From: an uncultured Candidatus Rokubacteria bacterium
GTDB taxonomy: Bacteria > Methylomirabilota > Methylomirabilia > Rokubacteriales > DASRDR01
Reading direction: 5' to 3'
Length of the DNA: 64,000 bases
Assembly: GCA_963805625.1 (NCBI GenBank)
Contig: CAWDVE010000016.1
Coordinates: 448,001 to 512,000 of the forward strand
Shown: positions 19,671-29,303 of the stretch, one piece after another
How positions within the stretch are numbered: the first letter of the stretch is position 1
How the letters are laid out: every line of letters starts with the position of its first letter
Made by a program: the position numbers and the translations under genes
Notes under the pieces: model-generated
Databases searched by the model: none
What the model saw: only the letters and a program-made list of their open reading frames with translations
Told to the model about the DNA's origin: nothing

Positions 19671-20018
19671 GTGCAGATCGGCATGATCGGGCTCGGCCGC
19701 AACGGGATCGAGTACGGGCCCATGCAGGCCTATGCCGAGGGCTTCGACATCCTGCTGAACGCGCGGTCGATGGACTTGCCGGAGCAGCCCCGCGACGATC
19801 TCTCGCTCCGCGACATCGCCGAGGTCTGGCGGCGGGGGAGCGTCGTCAGCTCCTGGCTCCTGGACCTCACGGCGGAGGCCCTCGTGGTCCCCGCGGACGT
19901 GCTCTCGGCCTCGCTCTTCGTCCGCTTCCGCTCGCGGCCGGACCACTCCTTCGAGCGGGTCCTGTCCGCGATGCGGCACAAGTTCGGCGGCCACGTCGAG
20001 CGGCCGTCGGGAGGGTAG
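19671..20018 (+). pseudogene. Internally deleted second 6-phosphogluconate dehydrogenase
   Basis: [10 protein letters not shown] joined directly to NGIEYG..WRRGSVV..LTAEAL then VPADVL..KFGGHVE. Confidence 0.85.
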
Positions 20019-20024
20019 GTTTCC

Positions 20025-21563
20025 ATGGAGGCGTCTCTCGGACAGGGGTCCCAAGCGCTGTCGGAGCCCGGCCGTCCCGCGCCTCCGTGCGCGGTCGTCA
20101 TCTTCGGCGCCGTCGGGGACCTGACGAAGCGGAAGCTCGTGCCGGCCCTCTACAATCTCAAGACGCTCGGGCTCCTGCCCCGGGAGTTCGCGATCGTGGG
20201 AGTTGCCCGGAGGGAGAAGACGCACGAGCAGTTTCGCGAGGAGCAGACACGGGATATCGGAGAGTTCGCGACGACCCGCGTGGACGGGACGCTGTGGGTG
20301 GAGCTCCGGGAGGCGATGTACTTCCAGGCCGGCGAGCTGTCCGACCCCGCCATCTACACGCAGCTCGCGGACCTCCTGGCCCAGATCGCCAAGCGTCACG
20401 GCACGGGAGGAAACGTGCTCTTCTACCTCGCCATCCCGCCGAGCCTCTTCGGGGAGGTCGTGCGCCGCCTGGGCGAGGCCGGGCTCATGCGGGAGGAAGG
20501 GGACGCCTGGCGGCGTGTCATCGTCGAGAAGCCGTTCGGCCACGACCTCGACTCCGCCCGGACGCTGAGCGCCGAGCTGGCCGGGGTCCTTCGCGAGGAG
20601 CAGATCTATCGGATCGATCACTACCTTGGGAAGGAGACCGTCCAGAACATCCTGGTCTTCCGCTTCGTGAACAGCCTGCTCGAGCCGATCTGGAACCGGA
20701 CGTACGTCGATCACGTCCAGCTGACCGTCGCGGAGACGGTGGGCGTCGAGGAGCGGGGCAACTACTACGAGACGGCGGGCGTGTTGCGGGACATGATCCA
20801 GAACCACATGTTCCAGCTCCTCTCGCTCGTCGCGATGGAGCCGCCGATCTCGTTCGCGGCCGACGCGGTGCGGGACGAGAAGGTCAAGGTGCTCCAGGCC
20901 ATCCGGCCGATGAGCCCGGAGGAGATCCTCGACCGGACGGTTCGCGGTCAGTACGGCGGCGGCGAGGTCGAGGGCCAGGTTGTCCGGGCGTATCGCCGCG
21001 AGCCCAAGGTCTCGCCGACCTCGACGACCGAGACGTACGCGGCGCTGAAGCTGTTCGTGGAGAACTGGCGCTGGGCCGGCGTGCCGTTCTATCTGCGGTC
21101 CGGAAAGCGGCTGGCCCGGCGCCGGACGGAGATCATGTTCGAGTTCCGGCGACCGCCGCTCCTCCTCCTCGATCGGGCCGCGATGCGTCACATCGACCCG
21201 AATCGGCTCGTCCTCCACATCCAGCCCGACGAGGGGATCGAAGTTCAGGTACAGGCCAAGCGGCCGGGCCCGACGGTGCGCATCGAGACTGTGAAACTCG
21301 ATTTCAGCTACAAGGACTTCGGCAACACGACCGCAGCGACCGGCTACGAACGGCTCCTGTACGACTGCATGGTGGGCGACAGCACCCTGTTTCACCGGAC
21401 CGACATGGTCGAGGCCGCGTGGCACATCGCGACGCCGATCCTGGACGCGTGGCGCGCCCTCCCGGCTCCCGAGTTTCCCAACTACGTGGCGGGCTCATGG
21501 GGACCCGAGACGGCGGACGAGCTCATCCACCAGGATGGCCGGCGCTGGTACACGGCCGAGTGA
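20025..21563 (+). CDS. zwf: Glucose-6-phosphate dehydrogenase
   Basis: GAVGDL, EKPFG, RIDHYLGKE, DMIQNH, RWAGVPFYLRSGK. Confidence 0.97.
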   Translation: MEASLGQGSQALSEPGRPAPPCAVVIFGAVGDLTKRKLVPALYNLKTLGLLPREFAIVGVARREKTHEQFREEQTRDIGEFATTRVDGTLWVELREAMYFQAGELSDPAIYTQLADLLAQIAKRHGTGGNVLFYLAIPPSLFGEVVRRLGEAGLMREEGDAWRRVIVEKPFGHDLDSARTLSAELAGVLREEQIYRIDHYLGKETVQNILVFRFVNSLLEPIWNRTYVDHVQLTVAETVGVEERGNYYETAGVLRDMIQNHMFQLLSLVAMEPPISFAADAVRDEKVKVLQAIRPMSPEEILDRTVRGQYGGGEVEGQVVRAYRREPKVSPTSTTETYAALKLFVENWRWAGVPFYLRSGKRLARRRTEIMFEFRRPPLLLLDRAAMRHIDPNRLVLHIQPDEGIEVQVQAKRPGPTVRIETVKLDFSYKDFGNTTAATGYERLLYDCMVGDSTLFHRTDMVEAAWHIATPILDAWRALPAPEFPNYVAGSWGPETADELIHQDGRRWYTAE

Positions 21564-21625
21564 CCGCGTCCCGATGAGCGCGCCAATGAGCGCAATGGTC
21601 ACCGGCGTGCTCCCCCGGTGAACTG

Positions 21626-22615
21626 TTGATCCTCGCGGGCGACGTTGGCGGCACGAACACCCGCCTGGCGTGGTTCGAGGTCTCCGGGGGCCGCCTGGTG
21701 CCGGGCGTCACCCGTACCTATCCCAGCCAACGGCACACGAGCCTCGACGAGATCGTGGCGACGTTCCTGCGCGAGGCACCGGGGACGCTCTCGCACGCGT
21801 GCATCGGGATCGCCGGACCGGTGCGGGAGGGTCGAGTCGAGGCGACGAATCTGGCCTGGGGCGTGGACGCGCGGCCGCTCGCCGCGGGGCTGGGTCTGGA
21901 CCGCGTGATCCTGATCAACGACCTCGAGGCGAATGCGTGGGGACTCGCGGCGCTGCCGGACAGCGACTTCACCGTGCTCCAGCCCGGCCGTCCGGCGCCA
22001 ACGGGGAACGCGGCCGTGATCTCCGCGGGCACGGGCCTCGGCGAGGCCGGGCTCGTGTGGGACGGCCGGCACCACCGCCCGGTCGCCTCGGAGGCCGGTC
22101 ACGCCGACTGGGCGCCCCAGGACGATCTGCAAGGCGCCCTGTGGCGGTTCCTCACGGCCGAGGTAGGGCACGTCAGCGTGGAGCGCGTGCTGTCGGGCCC
22201 CGGCCTCTACAACATCTACCGGTTTCTCCGCGACGCGCGGGGCCTCGCCGAGCCGGACTGGCTCGCCGACCTCCTGCGGAGCGAGGCGCCGGCGCCGGTG
22301 ATCGGCCGGGTGGGACTCGAGGGGCGGGCTGAGATCTGTGTCCGGGCCCTCGGCCTGTTCGTGGCCATCTACGGCGCCGAGGCGGGCAACCTCGGGCTCC
22401 GCGTGCTGGCGACCGCGGGAGTGTACCTGGGAGGTGGGATCGCGCCCCGGTTGCTCCCGGCGCTCCAGGGCCGAACGTTCCTCGACGCGTTCGCCGCCAA
22501 GGGACGACTGCGTCCGCTCCTCGAAGCGATCCCGGTGCGCGTGGTCCTGAACGATCAGGCGGCGCTCGCGGGCGCGGCCCGGCGGGCCGCGCTCGAGGCG
22601 GGGCTCCTCCGGTGA
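21626..22615 (+). CDS. glk: Glucokinase
   Basis: GDVGGTNTR, INDLEA, AGTGLG, SEAGH, YLGGGI. Confidence 0.93.
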   Translation: MILAGDVGGTNTRLAWFEVSGGRLVPGVTRTYPSQRHTSLDEIVATFLREAPGTLSHACIGIAGPVREGRVEATNLAWGVDARPLAAGLGLDRVILINDLEANAWGLAALPDSDFTVLQPGRPAPTGNAAVISAGTGLGEAGLVWDGRHHRPVASEAGHADWAPQDDLQGALWRFLTAEVGHVSVERVLSGPGLYNIYRFLRDARGLAEPDWLADLLRSEAPAPVIGRVGLEGRAEICVRALGLFVAIYGAEAGNLGLRVLATAGVYLGGGIAPRLLPALQGRTFLDAFAAKGRLRPLLEAIPVRVVLNDQAALAGAARRAALEAGLLR

Positions 22616-22682
22616 GTCGCCGCTCGAGCCGTGCTACAGTTGATGCGAGTCAGAAATCCAGCAGTCTGATAGGAGAAGATCC

Positions 22683-22901
22683 GTGCCCGTTTACTCGAAC
22701 CTGACGACTTCCACTGGGTCCGAAGGCGGGCCTAGCACGATACTCGTGCGCTTCCTGCAGCAGTACGATCGGCAGCTCCCTCTGGACTTCGTCGCCATGG
22801 TCTTGGGACGGACGCGAACGGAGGTCGAGCGTGAGGTCGAAGGGCTGGAGCGGCAGGGTGTGGCAAAGCGTCTCGGCAACGAGGTAACGCTGGTTCGCTA
22901 G
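22683..22901 (+). CDS. Small winged-helix-like hypothetical protein
   Basis: 72 aa; AGGAG RBS; VAMVLGRTRTEVEREVEGLERQGV HTH-like pattern followed by a hairpin. Confidence 0.5.
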   Translation: MPVYSNLTTSTGSEGGPSTILVRFLQQYDRQLPLDFVAMVLGRTRTEVEREVEGLERQGVAKRLGNEVTLVR

Positions 22902-22920
22902 CTCGCGCCTCGAGGCTCTC

Positions 22921-23541
22921 TTGAAGGAGAGTTTCGGTCCAGCCGTCCTCGCCTCCGTCCTGGCCGTTGCCGTCTCGCTGTCCGAGCTCCTCACGACCCA
23001 GTACCCGCGGACATCCTTCCTGATCCTCGGGAAGTCCCGGGCTCTCCAAACCTATGCGCTGGCCTACGGGGTCATCGCCCTGCTCGTGATGCTCTTGCTG
23101 GAGATACTCACGGCCTCCGGGACCATTCAGCTGGAAGGTTTCGGCCTGTCCTCTCCGTGGATTCGAGCGATCGCGGTCGGGGTCACGGTCAAGGCGTTCC
23201 TGCATCTTCGGCTGTTCAACGTGAGCGTGGGCTCCCAGTCGGTGCCCGTGGGCCTCGAGACTCTCGTCCAGTTCTTCGAGCCCGCGCTGCTCCGGACGAT
23301 TCTGCTGGACGAGTTCACGGCGGTCCGCGCCTACGTCGCGGCGCGTGCCCACGGCTACCCGAGCCTGGACGCGGTCAAGGCGAGGGCGAAGGAGGAGATC
23401 CCGCCCACGTTACCGAACCAGGAGCGAGCCGCCTTCTCGAACGACATCGACCGGGCGACTAGCGTCGTCCAGGTGATGGAGCACGTTCTTCGTTTCCTGG
23501 GCCGCAAGAACCTCGATAGGGTATTCCCCGCGAAGGCCTGA
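22921..23541 (+). CDS. Hypothetical membrane protein (about 3 TM plus soluble C-terminus)
   Basis: TTG start after GAGG; three hydrophobic segments. Confidence 0.65.
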   Translation: MKESFGPAVLASVLAVAVSLSELLTTQYPRTSFLILGKSRALQTYALAYGVIALLVMLLLEILTASGTIQLEGFGLSSPWIRAIAVGVTVKAFLHLRLFNVSVGSQSVPVGLETLVQFFEPALLRTILLDEFTAVRAYVAARAHGYPSLDAVKARAKEEIPPTLPNQERAAFSNDIDRATSVVQVMEHVLRFLGRKNLDRVFPAKA

Positions 23542-23724
23542 CGACGCCCGCTCGTCGTCAAGCGCTGGACGGTCGGTCCGTGAGACTTCGGGTTCGTGGC
23601 GCTGCTCGGCGCGCTCGACGACGAGGCCGGGTCGCCGGGGGAGCCCATCACACCAGCCTGACGCGCGATTCCAGCGTGCCAGGCAAGGGCCCCTTCGAGC
23701 CGTGCGACAGTGCCCGGCGAAGGG

Positions 23725-24738
23725 CTATTCCCACAGCTCCATGGCCGGCCGGAGCGGTGTGAACGCGCGGATCATCCCCGCTGCGTCCGCCATGATCTCC
23801 TCGATCCGGGCGACGTCCGCATCGGACAGAGCCAGCTGCGTCCCCGCGAGGTTGGCGTCCACCTCGGCCGGGTTTCGGGCGCCGACCAGAGCGGTGCTGA
23901 CCACGGGGTTCCGGAGCACCCAGGCGAGCGCGAGGCGACTCACGGGCACGCCCAGGGGCTCCGCCACCTCACGTCGGAGCCGGTCGACCACCTTCACGTT
24001 ACGGGCAAGGTTCTCCGGGGTGAAGATGGGCTGGCCGAAGGCGATACCCTTCGCGCGCCAGTCCGGCTCGAGGAATCGCGTCCCCGCGGTGAACGTGCCG
24101 GTCAGGAGGCCGTGGCCGAGGGGGCCGTAGCCCATGACGCCGATCCCGTGGCGCGCACAGTACGGGAACACGTCGCGCTCCATCCGGCGGTCGAAGAGGT
24201 GGTAGCCGACCTGCACGACGTCGATCCGTCGGACTCGCATGCAGGCTTCCATCTGCTCCACGGTGAAGTTCGACACCCCGACGAACCGCACCTTCCCTGT
24301 TCGCACGATCTCGTCCATCGCCGCGAACGCCTCTTCGAGGGGAGTCTCGACGTTCGGCCAGTGGATCAGGTAGACGTCGATGACGTCGGTCTGGAGCCGG
24401 CGGAGCGACAGGTCGACCTCGCGCCTGAGGCTTGCGGGCGTAGTGTCGCGGTGGATGGCGGGAGCCTCGGGGCTCCAGGCGAGCCCGCACTTGGTCACCA
24501 GGATCACGTGCGCTCGGCGACCCCGCAGGGCCTGACCCACGACCTCCTCGGCATGACCGAAGCCATAGGCGGGGGCAGTGTCGACGCAGTTCACCCCGGC
24601 ATCGAGCGCCCGGTGAATGGCGCGGATCGCCTCCGCATCCTCGATCGCGCCGTAGCGCTCGCCTCCGCTCATCGGCCAGCTTCCGAACCCGAGGGCCGAC
24701 ACGGCGAGACCGGTCCGCCCGAACGCACGCTGCTTCAT
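23725..24738 (-). CDS. Aldo/keto reductase
   Basis: DTAPAYG, TKCG, SLRRLQTDVIDVYLIHWP, GVSNF; ATG 24738. Confidence 0.93.
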   Translation of the reverse strand: MKQRAFGRTGLAVSALGFGSWPMSGGERYGAIEDAEAIRAIHRALDAGVNCVDTAPAYGFGHAEEVVGQALRGRRAHVILVTKCGLAWSPEAPAIHRDTTPASLRREVDLSLRRLQTDVIDVYLIHWPNVETPLEEAFAAMDEIVRTGKVRFVGVSNFTVEQMEACMRVRRIDVVQVGYHLFDRRMERDVFPYCARHGIGVMGYGPLGHGLLTGTFTAGTRFLEPDWRAKGIAFGQPIFTPENLARNVKVVDRLRREVAEPLGVPVSRLALAWVLRNPVVSTALVGARNPAEVDANLAGTQLALSDADVARIEEIMADAAGMIRAFTPLRPAMELWE

Positions 24739-24782
24739 GGATCGCTCCTCTCGGCCCAGGGGGCAGAGTCCCGTTCTCGGCT

Positions 24783-25910
24783 TCAGCTGGCCGCCGTCGC
24801 CCGCGGGTCCGGGGAGAGCAGCCCGAGCGTGTTCTCCCGGAAGATGCGGCGGCGGTCCTCGGCAGGTAGGAAGCCCGCGTAGTCCCAGACGTATGCGAGC
24901 GCCTGGCGGTACGTGCAGTAGCGACCGACGTTCGGCATGTCGGAGCCCCACACGAGCTTTCGCGGACCGAATCGCTCGTAGGTCTGGCGGAAGTGCTCCT
25001 GCGCCCGCGCAAAGGGATAAGGCATCCGGCCGCCCCAGGCGATCGGGTAGAGCACCTCGGTCCACACAGGGCCGCGGTCGAGGAGATCGGCGACCTCGGA
25101 GGGCCATGCCACCCGGTCCGCATCGTTGGCGTACAGACCGGTCGGCACGCCGTGGACCAGCACGTGGCGGATCGCCGGGTGCCGGTCCACGATCCGACGG
25201 AGGCGGCGCATCTCGGCCAGGTAGTCGCCCGCCGGAGACTTGGCCGAGTGGACCCAGAAGACCGGAAGATCTAGACGCGCCACCACACGCCACAGCGGAT
25301 CGAAGCTCGGATCGTCCGGGAGGGTACGGTAGCCGTTACGGAAGAAGGCCGTCATCGTGAAGTAGAGGCCGCGCATCCCGAGGCGCTGGACCTGATCCTC
25401 GAGGGCCCGGAGCTCCGCGTCCCGGAAGGCGAATGGCTCGTCCACCTGCGCCAGACCGATGAACCGTCCCGGCCAGCGCCGCGCGGCCTCCGCGAAGTAC
25501 TCGGCGAGATGGCCGTAGATGTGATCGTTCTGGAGGACGGCGGTCCCGACCCCTGCGTAGTCCATCTCGACGACCATGCCCTCGGGGGGCGCGGCGAGAT
25601 CGTGCATGTGGGGCGGCAGGAACTGGACGTAGTAGCCCTCCCCGTTCAGCTCCCACTCGAAGCGGCCCGCCCGGCCCACGTGGAAGCGGACGTCCGTCGC
25701 CCGTCCGGCCTCCGAGGGGTCGTCGGACTGCCAGAGTGGCCGCTCCGTCACGACGACATGGTCGCGGAGTCGCCGGTAGGGCTGGTTGCCGTGGACGTGC
25801 ATGGCTCGCTGCTGGTGCACGAGGTGGTCCTCGGCCGTCGGGAAGCCCGATGCGCCAGCCAGCGGGGGGAAGATGTGGGCGTGACAGTCGACGACGGCGA
25901 AGTCGTTCAT
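24783..25910 (-). CDS. Amidohydrolase_2 family protein
   Basis: DCHAH metal motif, WGSDMP; ATG 25910 after GAGGAG. Confidence 0.85.
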   Translation of the reverse strand: MNDFAVVDCHAHIFPPLAGASGFPTAEDHLVHQQRAMHVHGNQPYRRLRDHVVVTERPLWQSDDPSEAGRATDVRFHVGRAGRFEWELNGEGYYVQFLPPHMHDLAAPPEGMVVEMDYAGVGTAVLQNDHIYGHLAEYFAEAARRWPGRFIGLAQVDEPFAFRDAELRALEDQVQRLGMRGLYFTMTAFFRNGYRTLPDDPSFDPLWRVVARLDLPVFWVHSAKSPAGDYLAEMRRLRRIVDRHPAIRHVLVHGVPTGLYANDADRVAWPSEVADLLDRGPVWTEVLYPIAWGGRMPYPFARAQEHFRQTYERFGPRKLVWGSDMPNVGRYCTYRQALAYVWDYAGFLPAEDRRRIFRENTLGLLSPDPRATAAS

Positions 25911-25917
25911 GGGCTCC

Positions 25918-26754
25918 TCAACCGCGGTGCCGAGGATCGAGCCGATCGCGCAGCCCGTCCCCGAAGACGTTGAAGGCGAAGACCAGGAGCGAGATGGCGA
26001 CACCGGGCGCGACGACGAGGTGCGGCGCAACCTCGATAAACTCGCGGCCGCCGGAGAGCATCGTGCCCCACTCGGGCGCCGGCGGCCGAACGCCGAGGCC
26101 GAGGAAACCGAGCGCGGCCCCGACCAGGACCGCCTGGCCAGCGAGCAGGCTCGTCTCGATGACGAGGGTCGTGGTGGCGTGCGGCAGGATGTGGCGGGCC
26201 AGGATGCGCGTGTCGCGCAGTCCGGCGGCCACGGCGGCCTGGACGAAGTCCTCCTGCCGGACCTCCAGCACGCGGCCCCGGATCAGGCGGGCGAGGGGCG
26301 CCACGAAGCCCCCCGTCGTGGCGGCGATCAGGCCGGTCATCCCGGCGCCGACCACGCTGGCGATGGCGATCGCGAGAATGAGGTTCGGCACGGTGAGCAG
26401 CAGGTCGGCGAATCCCATGAGGACCGCATCGACCCGTCCACCGACATAGCCGGCGACGAGGCCCAGCGTTGCTCCGAGGGCCGCCGCGAGGGTCACCGAC
26501 ACCACGGCCGCCGTGAGGGTGAACCGCGCCCCCACGACGAGGCGTGACAAGAGGTCGCGCCCGATCTGGTCCGTCCCGAGCCAGTGCTCTCCCGAGGCCG
26601 GCGCGAGGACGCCGAGGAGATCCTGGTCGTTCTCGCCGTACGGGACCACCCACGGCCCGAGGGCCGCAAGGGTCAGGTAGGCGAGCAGCAGGCCGCTGCC
26701 GACCACGAGGTGGAGCCCATGCCGACGACGGACGTGGCCGCTCGGTTCAAACAC
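25918..26754 (-). CDS. Peptide/nickel ABC permease (DppC-like)
   Basis: HWLGTDQIGRD, RHILP, GDGLRD. Confidence 0.92.
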   Translation of the reverse strand: MFEPSGHVRRRHGLHLVVGSGLLLAYLTLAALGPWVVPYGENDQDLLGVLAPASGEHWLGTDQIGRDLLSRLVVGARFTLTAAVVSVTLAAALGATLGLVAGYVGGRVDAVLMGFADLLLTVPNLILAIAIASVVGAGMTGLIAATTGGFVAPLARLIRGRVLEVRQEDFVQAAVAAGLRDTRILARHILPHATTTLVIETSLLAGQAVLVGAALGFLGLGVRPPAPEWGTMLSGGREFIEVAPHLVVAPGVAISLLVFAFNVFGDGLRDRLDPRHRG

Positions 26755-27667
26755 GGCGGAGCCGGGGATTGATGACGACGTAGAGCACCTCGACCGCCAG
26801 GTTGATCAGGAGGAACCCCGACACGAACAGGATCGTGATGGCCTGGACGAGCGTGTAGTCGCGCGCGCCGACCGCGTTGATCATCAAGTCGCCGACCCCA
26901 GGCCAGGCGAACAGCCGTTCGACGACCACGGATCCGCCGAGGAGGTATCCGGTCTGGAGGCCGATGACGGTCACCGTCGGGATCAGGGCGTTCCGGAGGA
27001 CGTGGCGGCCGACCACCGCCCGGACGGCGAGACCCTTGGCGTGGGCCGTGCGGACGTAGTCCTTGGCCAGTTCCTCGAGCATCACGCCGCGGGTCATGCG
27101 GGCGACGAGCGCGACGAGCCGCGCGGCGAGCGCGAGGGTTGGCATCACGAGGGAGGCCCAGCCCGTGAAGCCGAAGCTCGGGAGCCAGCCCCGGTCCACC
27201 GACAGGGCGACGATCAGCATGAGACCGAGCCAGAAGTTCGGGATCGCCAGAAGCCCCACCACGAGGAGTGACAGCAGATAGTCCGGCCAGCGGTTCTGCC
27301 GGACCGCGCCCAGCACCCCGGCCGGCAGCCCGAGCAGGACGGTGAGCGTGATGGCCGTGGCCATCAGCAGGAGCGTGGCCGGGAGTCGGGCGAGGACGTG
27401 GGGCAAGGGGTTCCCGCGGAAGGTCGACGAGTAGCCGAAGTCCCCGCGGGTGAGTCCGGCGAGCCGCGTCGCGTACTGCTCCACCAGCGGCCGGTCGAGC
27501 CCCAGGCGCACGCGCAGGAGATCGATATCCGCCTGGCTGGCCGTCCCGCCCGCCATGAGCGTCGCTTCGTCACCTGGCACCATCTTGAAGATCAGAAAGA
27601 TGATGGTCAGAACGCCGAGAGCGATCAGCGGAATCCGCGCGACGCGGATCAGAACGAACGAAAGCGT
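26747..27667 (-). CDS. Peptide/nickel ABC permease (DppB-like)
   Basis: PGD, LGLDRP, DYVRTAHAKG, HVLRNA; first TM helix lies upstream of ATG 27583, start inferred at ACG 27667. Confidence 0.88.
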   Translation of the reverse strand, partial: TLSFVLIRVARIPLIALGVLTIIFLIFKMVPGDEATLMAGGTASQADIDLLRVRLGLDRPLVEQYATRLAGLTRGDFGYSSTFRGNPLPHVLARLPATLLLMATAITLTVLLGLPAGVLGAVRQNRWPDYLLSLLVVGLLAIPNFWLGLMLIVALSVDRGWLPSFGFTGWASLVMPTLALAARLVALVARMTRGVMLEELAKDYVRTAHAKGLAVRAVVGRHVLRNALIPTVTVIGLQTGYLLGGSVVVERLFAWPGVGDLMINAVGARDYTLVQAITILFVSGFLLINLAVEVLYVVINPRLRRV

Positions 27668-27670
27668 GCG

Positions 27671-29281
27671 CTATGCCTCGACGCGCGCCCGCCGGGCAAT
27701 CGTGAACACGATCGGCCAGAGCTCGACACCCTTGACTCCCTTGCGGACGGCCGTGACGTTCTGGTTCACGTGGAGCCACACGTAGGGCGCATCCTCCCAC
27801 ACGATCCGCTGGGCCTCGCCCATCGCGGCGAGCTGCTTGGCTGGATCGGGGTTCGAGTTCGCTTGCGCCAGGAGCTCGTCGACCTTCGGGTTCCGGTAAC
27901 GTCCCATGTTCCAGACGGTGGGCCGCGCCGCGTCGTCGGCGTTCGACTTGAAGAGCGACTCGAGATGGTAGAGGCCCGAGGCGTTGGACGGGTTGAACCC
28001 AAACACCGCAAGGTCGAAGGTGAGCGCCGCCCGCTCCTGCCGGAGCGCGTCCCAGTATGAGCCGCGCTCGATCTTGCTGATCGTCACGTCGATCCCGATT
28101 TGCTGGAACGCACGCTGGGCGATCTCGGCAATGTTGACGTCACCGGGGAAGAGGCCGTCGGAGGCAAGGAGCGTCATCTTGAGAGGCTTCCCGTCGCGCT
28201 CGAGCTGGCCGTTCGCGCCTGGCTTGAAGCCGGCCTCGGCGAGAAGCGCCCTGGCCTTCGCGACCGAGTACTCGTAGGGGCGCTGCTTCTGGTAGCCCTG
28301 GGTGTCGAAGGCCAGCGGCGAGTCCGAGGCCTTGGCGAAGCCGAAGAACACCCGCTCGGCGATGGTCTCGACGGGGATCGCGTGGTTGAGGGCTCGCCGG
28401 ACCCGCGGGTCGTCATAGGGCGGCCGGGAGAGATTGATGGCCAGCCCCATGGGCCGGAGGCTCGGCCGGACGACCACGTCGAGGTTGGTCTCCTTCCGCA
28501 GCCCCGCCACCAGCTGGACCGGGACGGAGTCGATGACGTCGACGGAGCCGGTGCGGAGGGCGGCGATCCGGGTGGACGCCTCGAGGATGTACTTGAAGAC
28601 CAGCCGATCGGTGGCCGGCTTGCCGCCCCAGTAGCCGTCGAAGGCCCGGAGCACGACCTCCTGCCCCGACGTGAACGCCTCGAGGCGGTACGGGCCGGCC
28701 CCGACCGGGTTCTGGGCGATGCCCTTCTCGCCGTGCTTCTCGACTGCGGCGGGGGAGACCATGGAGCCGGAGCCGTGGGCCAGCGAGTTGAGGAGCTGCG
28801 AGAACGGCGCCTTGGTGCGGATCACGATCGTGTGCTCGTCCACGACGTCGGCTCCCACCACCGGGTCCCACAGCGGCCGGTTGGTCGGCGTCCGGGCCTT
28901 GTCCACCATCCGCTCGATGTTGAACTTCGCGGCCTGGGCGTTGAAAACGGTGCCGTCGTGGAACCGCACGGTCTTTCGGAGCCGGAACCGGATGGACTTG
29001 AGGTCGGGCGCCGCGTCCCAACCCTCCGCGAGCTGAGGGACGAACCGGAGGTTCTCGTCGAAGTCGACCAGCCGGTCGTAGAGGCAGTACGCGACTTCGT
29101 AGCCGGCCGGATAGGTGGCGAACGACCCCTGGGCGGGATCGAGCGCGGTCACCGCGCCGCTCTGCCCGTAGGTCAGGGTCCGCGCCGCCGTCGCCTGAGC
29201 GAGGGCGCGCAGGGGGGAGCCGAGCGTCAGCGGCGATGCGGCGGCGGTGGACAGGAGGGCGAGGGCCGTCCGACGGTTCAT
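27671..29281 (-). CDS. Peptide/nickel ABC substrate-binding protein (family 5)
   Basis: MNRR.. signal, PQLAEGW, FHDGT, GAGPY, VRRAL; GGAGG RBS. Confidence 0.92.
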   Translation of the reverse strand: MNRRTALALLSTAAASPLTLGSPLRALAQATAARTLTYGQSGAVTALDPAQGSFATYPAGYEVAYCLYDRLVDFDENLRFVPQLAEGWDAAPDLKSIRFRLRKTVRFHDGTVFNAQAAKFNIERMVDKARTPTNRPLWDPVVGADVVDEHTIVIRTKAPFSQLLNSLAHGSGSMVSPAAVEKHGEKGIAQNPVGAGPYRLEAFTSGQEVVLRAFDGYWGGKPATDRLVFKYILEASTRIAALRTGSVDVIDSVPVQLVAGLRKETNLDVVVRPSLRPMGLAINLSRPPYDDPRVRRALNHAIPVETIAERVFFGFAKASDSPLAFDTQGYQKQRPYEYSVAKARALLAEAGFKPGANGQLERDGKPLKMTLLASDGLFPGDVNIAEIAQRAFQQIGIDVTISKIERGSYWDALRQERAALTFDLAVFGFNPSNASGLYHLESLFKSNADDAARPTVWNMGRYRNPKVDELLAQANSNPDPAKQLAAMGEAQRIVWEDAPYVWLHVNQNVTAVRKGVKGVELWPIVFTIARRARVEA

Positions 29282-29303
29282 GGGACCTCCTCTCGGCGGA
29301 TGG

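Noticed and set aside
21574-21621. Short ATGAGCGC repeat and mini-ORF before glk
   Set aside because: Too short and out of frame with glk; no supporting evidence of function
23668-23685. TGGCAC on the minus strand as a sigma54 site
   Set aside because: No TTGC at the required spacing and no convincing downstream gene
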